Origin: Amphiscolops sp. MND2022
Lineage: Eukaryota
Assembly (NCBI GenBank): GCA_964187785.1
Contig: OZ076411.1
Span: 52,948,001-53,012,000 of the forward strand
DNA: 64,000 nt
Direction: 5' to 3'
The position numbers were made by a program, and so were the translations under genes. The notes below the pieces were generated by a model, which did not search any database, was not told where the DNA came from, and saw only the letters and a list, made by a program, of their open reading frames with translations. Shown piece by piece: positions 40,333-52,475 of the stretch. Each line of letters opens with the position of its first letter. Within the stretch, counting starts at the first letter, position 1.

Positions 40333-41182
40333 AAGCAGTCTTTGCCGACTGAATGCTTCCCATTTCAATTTTTTTGTCGTCCATAAACAATTCAAAGCTT
40401 CTTGTTTTCCGCTGAGATGGCGGAATGCCGTTAATCAAGAGTTCTCGCCTATTTTTCATCCACATGTTTACCCGTTTCGCGTCTTCTGCAAAAAGTGAAG
40501 GAAGATGATGTATGCACATCTCCTCCGTTCCAGTTCGTTTTTCAGACACTTGGCCACAACAATTCGTCAGTGCTAATCGTTGCTCAGTGTGACAATTGAA
40601 TTTCTTGGAAATTCTCGTACTCTGTCAAATTTCCCTGTCTCTGAACATTGTCAATTTTGACTTCAACTCTTATTTCGTTCATTACGTGATTCAATTTTTC
40701 TACTGCTAGGATAGCGTTTCTTTTTTACTTTTGGTCAGTTCTTCAGGTAGACCTCGTACTCGAAAGCTTGATGAAACTTTGTGATTTTTTTCAGACTTTT
40801 CCATAGAGTCAGTTTTCTCCAGACTAGCATTGACTTTGGGTTCAATCACGGTATTAATAACTTCTTGAATGCGACTTCCGTATTTTTCAAAATCAGTTTC
40901 GACTCTAGTTTCTACTGATTGTGTACATCTATATTGCTCGGTGTCCAACAATTCAGTTTTTCTGTTACTTTCGACAAAGTCGTCGCAGAACAAGGCAACA
41001 CGACCACCTTGTTCTTTGTTGTCATTTATAACAACGTTTGATAGACCTGTGCAGGTGGTGTTCAAATGCATTTCAGTTCCACATGCAACACAGTGATGGA
41101 AAAGTTCTCTGGAGCTGAACTTTTTCTTGCATTTTTCATAGAGGGCGGTTTTGAAGGAAAAATTTGAGGAGCTTCTGTGCAA
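40333..41182 (-). mobile_element. ORF1 remnant of the same LINE as 31000-33294 (PHD-like finger plus C-terminal domain)
   Basis: CKKK...HCVACGTEMHLNTTC...ALFC; C-terminal EDAKRVNMWMKNRRELLINGI...FELFMDDKKI. Rejoins ORF2 at the TAGTC TSD when BEL 3 is removed. Confidence 0.75.
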
Positions 41183-41279
41183 CTACACCGAGCAGCCTAC
41201 ACGAGAGTGAACTCAGAGCGAGGCCTCAAGGTACAGAAGACAAAAGCTAATTGACTCACACTCACTTGGTCTGAATCGG

Positions 41280-41810
41280 TCTTTTCAGTTCCTTCCTTTT
41301 TTCTTTTGAGACTTCCGTGTAACTTTTAATCTTTATCGACCAAGGGGTTGACATTTTCTCAGATTAGTTATGATAGTTTGAAGGAGACGTGTCTGGGATG
41401 CCAGCTGAGGGATGTAATTTTGATCGACTTGCAAGAATAACAAGAACCCTATTTTTCCTCATCAATATCAAATGTTTGCTGACTACGGTAATCTTTATTA
41501 CAGTCTTGAAAAGCTCTGCACCTATGTCCATCGTCAAAGAGCTACCAATCTTCCTCTGACAGTGAACCATACAGACGACAGATCCCCTGATTTTTTTGAG
41601 GATTTCAACCAAGTCTACAACTGTGCAAGGGGCATTTGTTGTTTCATGGATGAGTATAAGAGAGTTGTTGAATATGTCGTGCCAGATAACAACTTTTAGG
41701 TTGCTAATTGTTCCTTCAAGTTGATTTTGAAGGATTTCATAGCATTTCTTGGCGTTGGGGCTGCTACGATATTGGCTGCTACGATATTTATCAGACAGTT
41801 CTTTCTCCAA
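41280..41810 (-). pseudogene. Degenerate ORF of the SGNH/esterase-like family, copy B
   Basis: KVVIWHDIFNNSLILIH..NAPCTVVDLVEILKKI...VCMVHCQRKIG...ITVVSKHLILMRK...KLHP. Confidence 0.6.
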
Positions 41811-41879
41811 AATCCTCTCGCAAGAGGCCTGCCAAACAGAACATTCATCATTTCACATGAATCTATTCAAAAAAAAGTC

Positions 41880-42950
41880 TGCCTGTGTGGATTCAACCTT
41901 GGGACCTCCCAACCATTCGTTCATAGACACCTCTAACTGTTCTACCTCTAAGTGTCTTCTGTATGCGGATGATGCAACAACTAGTAATGTAGCTCCTTTA
42001 CTTTTGCGAGGCGACAAATAGCAAAGTCAGAAATTATTGGTTGAAAGAACTCAGGTCAAAAATGTTCGATAAGGAATTAGGTCGACGTTGAAGGCGGAAA
42101 ATTTTTCGATCGACTTAAACAGGTCGAATATGTGAAATTTTGCGACATTCATCGAAAATAAAATGGAAGGTCATATACGGTGTATGCACGCTCGCCCTCA
42201 CCGTCGCAAAGACCAGCTCCCACTACGATCGCTTCGCGATCTCCATTCTCGCTAGGTCTTCGCTCATGTTCGACCTCACTTAGCAAGATGGGAACATCAG
42301 CGGCCCCAAGGGGCCACGGGGCGCTAGAGGAAATTGGGAAATGTCCGAGAGATGTTTTATACTCTAAATATTTCCAAATCGGGAAGTTGCATGTTGCGAG
42401 CCATTTGTCGATCCAAGTTGTTCCGACCGGGATCGTTAATTTTGACGTTTCAATGCGAGGATTGGATCAATTATTTCGATTCCGTTGTTTCGACCCCAGC
42501 TTATAGCTTGAAATTCGACCGAAAGTTTCAGACCCGATTCGTGTCACCTCTTTTGCAAAACGACATTTTGAGTATCCACTTTTAGGATGATATAACAAAT
42601 GGGATTTCAACCTGGACACGACCTTTCCCATCTAGTTTACCAGGAAAAACAACCTTGAAGAACAGCAAAAATTAGTTTCCGGTGGCAATGACTTGTTCTT
42701 CACTTTTCAACCTGTGACTGGTCTGAGTATCGAGTTTTGCCATTACCTCACATGGACAATTCAAATTGCTGATAGAGTCTCTAACAGTTTCAAAAGATTT
42801 ATCATAAAACCGAGCAACATGAGTAACCAACAAAAAGACGACTGTATCTTTTCTATATTCAACCGGTACTTACTTGAGGTTCTGCCATTTTCTTTCCGAA
42901 CAAGCAAGATCTCAAAAAACTCGAAAACTTTCAGTCCACACTAACTAAAA
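41880..42950 (+). mobile_element. LINE RT fragment interrupted by a MITE
   Basis: STLGP...CLLYADD, then after the MITE LQNDI...KWDFN...FTRK...VTGLSIEF...LTWTIQIADRVS. Confidence 0.65.
42009..42549. mobile_element. MITE with TCGA-motif arms and structured core 1
   Basis: Ends aggcgac...gtcacct; 8-bp TSD cttttgcg/cttttgca (42001-42008, 42550-42557); core 1 at ~42181-42345. Confidence 0.8.
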
Positions 42951-43586
42951 GGATAAACCCTGAATCAGACTACCGAACTCGGCTGCCGAACTCAATTTAG
43001 TGCTTGTTTCCTTTTTGTTTCAGTTACTCGAGGTTCTGTTGCTGAATACTATAATCAACGGAGAAATCGGCTCAGTGGTACAAACCAATTTTCAGATTGT
43101 CAATAAGGAATCTTCCATTTGAATTTAGAGCTTCAACAACGACAATGTTTTTCGAGAAGAAAACACGAATAAAAGTAACAAATAAATGCTAGTTCATCAG
43201 AGCAATAAAATTAGCAATTTATCTCTCGAATAAATTACACGTGGACTTCAAAGACAGTCATGAAAGCTTTTAAAGATCTATAGATATTATTTTCTGGAAC
43301 TACTTTTGTAATGAATATGAACGAGATTGTTGTAAACAAAGTATTAGGTGCTACTGGTGTCATCACTTTTCATAAAACAAACCCCTTCCATCAACCTGTT
43401 TTTATAAAGATAAGCCTTATTGTTGTGATAAACGTATTAAAAAGGTCAATCCCTTTCATTTGTTCAAATCGTCTGTTTTCAGTGCTTAATGAGCTAGATG
43501 CTGCATCAATTTCGCCAAAATTGAAAAAATCCTGTCCCCTCTAGCTTTGGACGGGTGGAAATTTTCCTGTACCCCTACTTCCCTTT

Positions 43587-44204
43587 ATGGTGTTCTTGGT
43601 ATTGGCCAGCTCCCTCTTCGCAGCCGTGAATTCTACCCCGTGGCACTTGAAGACCAAACTCAAGTGAATCCAGTTCTCAAAACCTGGGTTAAGCCTGAAT
43701 CCTTTGTCGGTCAACGTCACAAAGAATTTGCTACACAACCTGAACCTCAGACGTCGTGCTTTGGCAAAACGGAGGGACATAGTATTGTGGCATGATCTAG
43801 TAAAAAATTCAATTTCAGCCCATAGAAGTAACAATTGCAAACCTTGTTCAATCACAGAGCTCTTGAATCAGATTAACTGCATTAGAGAACGTTTGATTGC
43901 TATCGTCTACTGTCAACGCTTTGGTACCCAATACATTTACGATCAACTTCGGAGTACAGGTATCCCGATAATCAACGTGAAGAGACATCTACTATCCAAA
44001 AGAAAACAAAAAAGCAACATCACTCAACAAAAGATAGCAGAAACTCATTCTGACAACGAGCTCTAAGTCAAGCATATCCTGACTGTATTTCATTTCAAAA
44101 ATAATCTACAAAAACTAGTTCAGAAAAGGAGACCTAAAAACCGAATCAGAAAATGGATCAAAAACAAAAGAACATGCCAAAAAGTGAGTCGCTTTGTTGG
44201 ATAG
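43587..44204 (+). pseudogene. Degenerate ORF of the SGNH/esterase-like family, copy C (205-codon frame with two premature stops)
   Basis: MVFLVLASSLFAAV...KPGLSLNP...DIVLWHDLVKNSISAHRSNNCKPCSITELL...IAIVYCQRFG...INVKRHLLSKRKQ...ETHSDNEL; ends ~55 bp before the CR1 ORF1 ATG (44259). Confidence 0.65.
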
Positions 44205-47120
44205 ATTCCGAGGGTTTTTTTTCTCTAGCGAGCGGTCTTTCAAAGTTACCCACCATACATGGCGTCAAGGAAATCAAGAAAAAACTGCTTCGGTCAGTGA
44301 AATTCTTTGTAATGTTGATAACATGGACGTGTAAAGTTTGCAAAAATACTTTTGGTCAACTTGATGATAAAGTTATTGAATGCGATCGTTGCACGGACCA
44401 TTACTGTATGAAATGCCTGAAAATGAATGAAGCTGTTTACGATTACATGACCAACACGTCAGCAATTTGGTGAGGCATGAATTGCACAGACGAAGCCAGA
44501 AGGATAATATCACGAAAAAACGAATACAAGTGGTGACCGAAATGAGGAAGGATCTCGATTAAACAATGAATTCAGTCACGTGTATCATGAATGCCTTTTA
44601 CTGTTTCATAAATGGGCCGACTGTGCGTAAAAACCCCAGCTCAAATGATACAACTGCATGGACAGCCCCAAAGAACCCTGTGAAAACTTTAAAGAGGATC
44701 ATCATGGAAACGAGTAAGGAGCAGAAGCGAGTCATTGAAGAAGAGCAAAAGGGTAAAATGAACATAATCGTTCATAGAGCACCAGAAAGCAATGAGATCG
44801 AGCCAAAAAAAGAAAGACTGTGACAATTCACTAGGATGGAGTTCTCTAGAACAGGTGGTGGGAAATAAATCATACGACAAGTGCTACAGAATGGGAAGAA
44901 AACCGATGGAAGAGGACAACAAGGGCCCACGCCCTCTGTTGGTTAAAAACAATACACTAGAAGAGACGGAACTAGTCATGAAAAGTTTGAAAAATCTAAA
45001 TGATTCTGAACCAGAGCTACAAAACTTAGGAATTTCAACTGACAGGAGCCTAAAAGAACGCGAAGAAGTGAGAGTATTGGTGATGAAAGCAAAAAACTTT
45101 AACACTTCTGAAAAATAAATATTGTGCGCGACAATCAAGTACTGAGAGTCAGGAAAACAAAGGACCTATGAGGACAGGATGAAGACGTTTCGAATATGGT
45201 TTACAATTGTGGACACAAAAACACTTGACAAAAATCTTGACCTGAAGAGACTGACTGACTCAACGCCTAATCCACCAGACCTAATCGCGTTGTCAGAAGC
45301 GAAACCGAAGAAAGCATTACTTGACTGGAACCCACTTTGGCACATTATACAAAGATACCGACTAAAAGGAACCAACATTAATACCAATGACACAGAGAGG
45401 GATGTTGATACACACCAGGGATGGCAGAGACTTTCGGGAGCAAAACACTGACCCAACTGCATTAGAAAATCAAATAGTGGATCTCAAACTCGGAGATGTG
45501 AAACTATGTGTTTTGTCAGTTTACAGAAGCCCGAACTCCGCACGCAACCGAAAAAAACTCTAAACTTAACGAGAAAATCAGAACCCTGGGAGAAAGCGAT
45601 AGAAAAATGAAAAAAGTGGGCGACTTCAATTACCCTAAATTCAACTGGGAAGAGGTCAGTTGTAACACTGAAAAAGAGAGTAAGGAAGCACTATTTCTTG
45701 AGGTAGTCAGAGACTCCTATCTGACTCAATATGTAAAAGAACATACAAGGATCACGGCAAACAGTCAACCTTCACTGCTAGACCTTCTCCTGGCCAGTCC
45801 AAGATTAGACATACTAGATGTTGAGTACATGAAATCTCTAGGAAACAACGACCACGTAATGATAAATGCTATTTTTGACCTGAAATGTATGTCAACCCCG
45901 ATACAGCTAATAAAACGAAACTATAAAAAGTGCGATTACCATCGTCTGCTATTGGACCAGGACTGGCCTCTCTCTTCGAGCACAAAGATTTGGAGGAGAG
46001 CTGTCAATTTTTAAATCCAAAGTAAAACAAGCTGTCAGTGCATCAACCCCGTTTGTGAAAATCTTAAGAGGGAAGAAAGCAAAATTACCATTGAAGACAC
46101 AAGCGGTCGCTCTCATCATAACAAAGAAAGAAGCAAGAAAAAACTCAAAGTCAACAGATCTAAAAACGAATTGGAAAAATACCGAAAACTGAGAAACAAG
46201 GTACGGAAAGTGACAAGAGAAGAGATAGAAAGTCAGGAAAATGAGATCTTAAAAGCTTCCAAATCAAACCCAAAACTCTTTTGGAAATATGTAAAACAAA
46301 AAACGAAACGAACTGAATCCATACGAAATCTAACAAAAGAAGATTGAGAGTTAACAGTGTCTGACCATGAAAAAGAAGAGGTGTTCCAGTTTTTCAGCTC
46401 GGTCTTTACGCATGAGGAGCCCGGAAATTGGAAGATCCTCATAAAAAGTGACTGTGAAACGAGCAATATGTATTTTGAGGAAAGCGAGCTTTCGAAAGAA
46501 CTCGAATCATTGAACACCTCCAAATCACCAAGTTTCGATGAAATACACCCCGTGGTACTGAAAGAAGCAAAAAATGTAAAGGCATTAGTTCTACTGTTTC
46601 GGAAATCGTGGGAGGAAAATGTCGTTCCGATGGAAACGGACAAATTTTACTGCACTCCACAAATCGGGGCAAAAAAGCGAGCTCAAAATTTACAGACCAA
46701 TAAACCTGACGTTGATTTGCTGTAAGCTAATGGAAAAGTTGGTCAGGTCGCAGAATATGAAATACCTGAAACGAGAAAAGCTACTACACGACAAACAATA
46801 TGGTTTTCTACCCGGGCGATAAACCACTTTGCAACTCTTGAAAGTGTTGGACGACCGGACAGAAGCAGTGGACAGAGGGAAAGAAGTTGATGTATTCTAT
46901 TTCGATCTCAGAGAAGCGTTCGATAGCGTACACCACATCCGGTTAATTAACATTCTGGAACAATATGAAATAAGAGGCAAAAACCTTCATTGGATAGAAC
47001 AATTTTTGAAGTCGAGAGAGCAACGTGTCAATGTAAACCAAGAAAAGTCCTCATGGAGCGCTGTCGTCAGCGGGGTACCACAGGGCTCGGTCGTGGATCC
47101 AGTACTGTTGCTTTTATATG

Positions 47121-47626
47121 GCTTACGGCAATAAAGTCGAATTTTGACTCGTTGAATGAATAATGTTGATGAATAACGTCGAATGAACAGCGTAGAATTT
47201 AGTCGAACAGATTTGAGTTGAATTCTTGTCGACTTTTTGTCGAATTTGGTCGAATTAAATTTTTAGGTTCAGAAAATATTTTAGGTATTTTTCCCCATTT
47301 TATTTGGTGTCCTATACTGTGGATGCACGCTCACCCCACTGTCGCAAAGACCAGCTCCCACTACGATCGCTTCGCGATCTCCCTTCCCGCTAGGTCTTTG
47401 CTCCCCTTCGACCTCGCTTAGCAAGATGGGAACATAAGCGGCCCCAAGGGGCCGCGTGGCACTAGAGGAAATGGGGCATATCCGACGGTCAAAACATTGT
47501 TTGACCATTTTACATTTGCAATGACATCGACGCAATTACTTCGACATAAGTCCGTCGACGATGGTACTTCGACGCTAGTTTAACGGTTCAAATTCGACTT
47601 TAGTCGATCGACTTTTTTATGACACT
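47121..47626. mobile_element. MITE with TCGA-motif arms and structured core 1, inserted in the CR1 RT
   Basis: cttttatatg is duplicated at 47111-47120 and 47627-47636 (TSD 8-10 bp); removing the insert restores LLLLY|VNSMPD; core 1 at ~47322-47485. Confidence 0.85.
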
Positions 47627-48306
47627 CTTTTATATGTCAACTCAATGCCAGACATCGTGCAGACGACTCGAAGGTTCCGCGAGATATCAAACACTGAATA
47701 TCAACGATTACTACAGCAGGACTTGAATTCCCTGCACAACTGGATGAAAAAGAGCCTTCTCAACTTTAACCGAATGAAATGCCTTCAAATGACACTTCAT
47801 TCCGCCAGAAGCCAACCTGACTCCAGCCGAATTTACTCAATTAACAGCGAAACACTGAAGAAAGTGAACACGGAAAAGGACCTCGGAGTGGAAATAGACG
47901 AAGAACAGAACTTTGACAGACATATAGCAGCAAAAACCAAAAAAGCTAACAGCTTTCTTGACCATATCTAGAAAACTTTCTCGAACTTGACTGAAAACAT
48001 CGTTGTGAATCTCTATAAATCATTAGTCCGCTCGCACGGGAACAGGACGTTTCGGCGAAGACGTTTCGGCAAAAAAAAATCGAGACGTTCCGGCAAATTT
48101 TTCATGCCGAAACGTTCCGTATTATCTTGGTTTTGTTTTTAGTTTTTGTTTTTGGTTTTCTACAAACTGGTTAGGTCCAGTTTGTAGAATACCAGTTTGT
48201 AGAATTCTGGAATTGAAGAAAAACGATAAGACTAATAATGTAGGAATAATACAAGGCATAAAATGTGCCTCGGATAAGTCCCCATTTCCTCTAGTACCCC
48301 GCGGCC

Positions 48307-49216
48307 GGGTGGCTGTAAACAGGTCGAATTTTTCTGATCGAAAGGACAGAGGTCCAACCTTTTGATCGAATTGCAGGGTCGAATGGAATGCGGTTGAATT
48401 TTATCGTATTTGTTCTATGGCTCGGTCGCTTCGCTCCCTTCGCCAAGTAGCAATATTGAGGGTTAAATGGTCACTTGGCTTAATACCATTTGACGTAAAG
48501 TCACTTGGCCTGATGACATTAGTCACTTGGCTTACTTTTTTTAAGCTAAGTGTCTCGGGTATTGGTCATTTGGCCTAAAGTGATTTGACTTAAAACCACT
48601 TAGTTGAAAACACGTGGCAGATTTTGTCGAATTTATCATTATAATGTAGTCAGCGTATTGTTATAACATGTTATATCAAGTACCCCTCGGATATTTCCCC
48701 ATTTCCTCTAGTGCCCCGCGGCCCCTTGGGGCCGCTTATATTCCCATCTTGCAAAGCGAGGTCGAACAGGAGCAAAGACCTAGCGGGAACAGAGATCGCG
48801 AAGCGATCGTAGTGGGGCTGGTCTTTGCGATGGTGAGGGCGAGCGTGCATACACCGTATTTGCCCCGCATTATGATATTTCTGGGAGTTGACTTATTTAT
48901 TCCGTGAGTTGGAATGAAGTTGGCTTAATTTTGTGGTCACTTGGCTTAAAATTTTTAAGCCAAGTGACTCAAGAAAAAAATTGTGCCAAATGGAATTAAG
49001 CCAGGTGACTGGTAACCCATTGAGGCATGGCCATATGGCACGTCGCTCCGCTTCGCTTCGCTCCTGCATTCAGGGCACTAGGGGTATGTGAACATACCTG
49101 ACTACGTTATAAAAATTTCGATCCGAGTTGTTTCGATCCCATTCAAAAATTTGGTATGTCGACCTGAGGACTAACTCTGATTTTCGATCCCGTTCCTTCG
49201 ATCTTCCGCCCACCCC
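48307..49216. mobile_element. Nested MITE (TCGA arms, structured core 2) inserted in the hairpin of core 1
   Basis: TSD ccgcggcc/ccggggcc (48299-48306, 49217-49224); ends gggtggc...gcccacccc. Confidence 0.75.
48461..49017. mobile_element. Innermost MITE (gtcacttggc-motif arms, core 1) inserted in core 2
   Basis: Ends ggttaaatggtcacttggc / gccaggtgactggtaacc; (t/c)attgag is duplicated on both sides; the intact core 2 at 53113-53245 shows the empty site. Confidence 0.75.
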
Positions 49217-50031
49217 CCGGGGCCCCTTGGGGCCGCGTATATTCCCATCTTGCTAAGCGAGGTCGAACAGGAGCAAAGACCTAGCGGGAACGGAGATCGC
49301 GAAGCGATCGTAGTGGGAGCTGGTCTTTGCGACGGTGAGGGCGAGCGTGCATACGCCGGATATGCCCCACATATCAAACGAAACGTTTCGGCAAATGTTT
49401 TTAGCCTGAGACATTTCGGCATATTTTTTTTCCGAAACGTCCGCCGCCATGTTTTTGCCGAAACGTCCGGAATTCGCTCGCACCTAGAAGACTGTAACCA
49501 AATTTGGTTTCCAAGATACGGAAGACAGAAAGCCCAACTAGAAAACGTTCAACGCAGAGCAACTCGACTGATACCAACTCTTAGAAACTTGTCATATGTT
49601 AACGAGTAGAGACTCTGAAGCTTCCTACTCTGGAATTTAGGAGGAGAGGTGCTAAGATTGTCCTAAGGGACCAGTTATAAGCCAAGTAGAATTATAATGT
49701 AGTCAGCGTATTGTTATAACATGTTATATCAAGTACCCCTCGGATATTTCCCCATTTCCTCAAGTGCCCCGCGGCCCCTTGGGGCCGCTTATATTCCCAT
49801 CTTGCAAAGCGAGGTCGAACAGGAGCAAAGACCTAGCGGGAACAGAGATCGCGAAGCGATCGTAGTGGGGCTGGTCTTTGCGATGGTGAGGGCGAGCGTG
49901 CATACACCGTATTTGCCCCGCATTATGATATTTTTAGGCCAAATGGAATCTGTATAAATCATTAGTCCGCTCGCACGGGAACAGGACGTTTCGGCGAAGA
50001 CGTTTCGGCAAAAAAAAATCGATAAAACCGC

Positions 50032-52137
50032 CAATTCAGACTGTTTTATCCAGAAACGAAAAGACCCTTTAACTAGAGGAGCTGGCGCAGAGGCAATAGC
50101 ATATATGCCAGTACAATTCAATTCTAAAGATACATAATAAAGTCTACTACTACTGGGGAAGACTCCGTGATCTTGTGAGATCTTGATCTTGTGCAAATAC
50201 TTCACTCTCCAGAAACGTCGAGCTGATATTTGTGCGGATGTACGTCATGACGTTGGCGTACTTTTTCTTTCCGTTTCGCGGTGATTTGGATCATTGTCCG
50301 CGTTGCGCTCGTGGCCGGCGTCTGGTATTTGAATTTCTTCAACTAAAGACAAAAAATGCAAAGCTAAAACTCAAAGACATTCTTCTCAGTGCGTGTAGTC
50401 AAGGATTGGAATCATCTACCAGCATCAGTAGTGCACGCCGACAATTTATGTGACTTCAAGAAGAAACTGGATGACCATTGGAAGAATAATCAATTCAGAC
50501 TGTTTTATCCAGAAACTGAAGACCCTTTAACTAGAGGAGCTGGCGTAGAGGCAATAGCATATATGCCAGTACAACTCAATTCTAAAGATACATAAAAAAG
50601 TCTTTTACTACTACTGGGGAAGACTCCGTGATCTGGTGGGATCTTGATCTTGTGCAATTACTGCACTCTCCAGAAACGTCGAGCTGATATTTGTGCAGAT
50701 GTACGTCATGACGTTGGCGTACTTTTTCTTTCCGTTTCGCGGTGATTTGGATCATTGTCCGCGTTGCGCTCGTGGCCGGCGTCTGGTATTTGAATTTCTT
50801 CAACTAAAGACAAAAATGCAAAGCTAAAACTCAAAGACATTCTTCTCAGTGCGTGTAGTCAATGATTGGAATCATCTACCAGCATCAGTAGTGCACGCCG
50901 ACAATTTATGTGACTTCAAGAAGAAACTGGATGACCATTGGAAGAATAATCAATTCAGACTGTTTTATCCAGAAACGAAAAGACCCTTTAACTAGAGGAG
51001 CTGGCGCAGAGGCAATAGCATATATGCCAGTACAATTCAATTCTAAAGATACATAATAAAGTCTACTACTACTGGGGAAGACTCCGTGATCTTGTGGGAT
51101 CTTGATCTTGTGCAAATACTGCACTCTCCAGAAACGTCGAGCTGATATTTGTGCGGATGTACGTCATGACGTTGGCGTACTTTTTCTTTCCGTTTCGCGG
51201 TGATTTGGATCATTGTCCGCGTTGCGCTCGTGGCCGGCGTCTGGTATTTGAATTTCTTCAACTAAAGACAAGAAATGCAAAGCTAAAACTCAAAGACATT
51301 CTTCTCAGTGCGTGTAGTCAATGATTGGAATCATCTACCAGCATCAGTAGTGCACGCCGACGGGTGACACGAATCGGGTCGAAATAATCCGGTCGAATTG
51401 CAAGGGCGAAACTGTGATCGAACGAAATTGATCGAAGTAAAATGATCGAAGAAAATGGTCGAAAGTTTGCAAAAAACGGACCTATACCGAATAGAAAAAT
51501 AGGAAAGACGTCGAACAACTAGAAAGTGGTTAGAATTGCTCAAAAAATGTCAAAACGTTCAGAAATGCGATTTTTTGCAGAATGGACGAACTTTAACGCG
51601 GTTTTTTTTAGTACAAAACGTGCCTCGGATATGTCCCCATTTCCTCTAGTGCCCCGCGGCCCCTTGGGGCCGCTTATATTCCCATCTTGCTAAGCGAGGT
51701 CGAACAGGAGCAAAGACCTAGCGGGAACGGAGATCGCGAAGCGATCGTAGTGGGAGCTGGTCTTTGCGACGGTGAGGGCGAGCGTGCATACATCGCATAT
51801 GCCCCACATTTTATAAACTAAAAGTCTCTGCCATTTGATGTGTTCACGACCGCTGTCACCCATAACCAAACCTGAAATTAGAATAAATAAGATTGTTGGT
51901 TAATTTTTTCGACTAAATTCTATCTTGAAAAGCAGTTCGACCTTAATCGTTCGATCAAAAAATGCTACATATTCAATTTCGACCCAATTATTTTTCGACC
52001 AGTTTCGACCTCAGTTTTTTCGACCAAACTTTTTCGACGTGGTTATACGTCGCCCACGCCGACAATTTATGTGACTTCAAGAAGAAACTGGATGACCATT
52101 GGAAGAATAATCAATTCAGACTGTTTTATCCAGAAAC
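50032..52137 (+). repeat. ~460-bp tandem repeat (three units) containing a CR1 3' end with (CTA)n tail plus a ~200-bp GC-rich segment
   Basis: caattcagactg recurs at 50032, 50491, 50951 (and 52111 after the MITE); encodes RVVKDWNHLP...DFKKKLDDHW; stem ctggc...gccag and aataaagtctactactact tail. Confidence 0.9.
51362..52055. mobile_element. MITE with TCGA-motif arms and structured core 1
   Basis: Exact 8-bp TSD acgccgac (51354-51361, 52056-52063); ends gggtgac...gtcgccc; core 1 at ~51620-51808. Confidence 0.9.
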
Positions 52138-52169
52138 GGAAATTCATATGTAAAACTCAGTAAAATTCA

Positions 52170-52475
52170 TATGTAACCTCTTTGAAGTACGAACAGAGAA
52201 TCCTTGATGTGGAAAACAGCTCATTCAATCCTCTTGTCTTCGCGTGTTTAGGAGGCGCAGGTCCTTCAGCCGCGAAAGTTATGTTCCGACTTGCTCTGAA
52301 GATCAGCGAAAAAGGACAAGACAGCTACTCGGACGCCATAGGATACATCAGGACGCAAATTAGCCTCGCTTTGTTACGCAGTTCCGTGCTATGCCTCAGA
52401 GGACCTCGATCTATTCGCCGTCAAACTGAGGAATCATCTATCACTGCAATGGTTGAAGAGGGAAGGTTGTCGTGA
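52170..52475 (+). mobile_element. 3' fragment of a CRE-like (REL endonuclease) non-LTR retrotransposon, second subfamily
   Basis: KYEQRILDVENSSFNPLVFACLGG...YIRTQISLALLRSSVLCLRGPRS, homologous to the C-terminus of the element at 55113-57462. Confidence 0.75.

Larger units (their letters stand above)
48038..49475. mobile_element. Outer MITE with ggacgtttcggc-motif arms (composite, two nested MITEs inside)
   Basis: Exact 8-bp TSD gctcgcac (48030-48037, 49476-49483); inverted ends gggaacaggacgtttcggc / gccgaaacgtccggaattc; its core 1 is split between 48263-48306 and 49217-49370. Confidence 0.9.
44259..49640 (+). mobile_element. CR1-like LINE (PHD ORF1; APE-RT ORF2), degraded and interrupted by two MITE insertions
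   Basis: ORF1 PHD finger CKVCK...IECDRCTDHYCMKC...W and NIIVHRAPES/YRMGRK/PRPLLVK. ORF2 DLIALSE, VGDFNYP, LDLLL, NDHVMI, YRPINLT, QYGFLPGR, YFDLREAFDSVHH, SGVPQGSV, LQQDL, EKDLGV, LENVQRRATRLIP. Confidence 0.93.

Noticed and set aside
41900-42000. Minus-strand LLVVASS as block I of SGNH-like copy B
   Set aside because: The same bases read as a LINE RT (LLYADD) on the plus strand with downstream RT continuity, so the match is probably coincidental.
50032-51361. Tandem repeats as a CRISPR array
   Set aside because: Units are ~460 bp with no variable spacers, contain LINE coding sequence, and no cas genes are present.
51620-51808. Core 1 as a self-cleaving ribozyme (hammerhead or HDV-like)
   Set aside because: No CUGANGA/GAAA core, and no HDV double pseudoknot could be threaded by eye on either strand; an Infernal search would be decisive.
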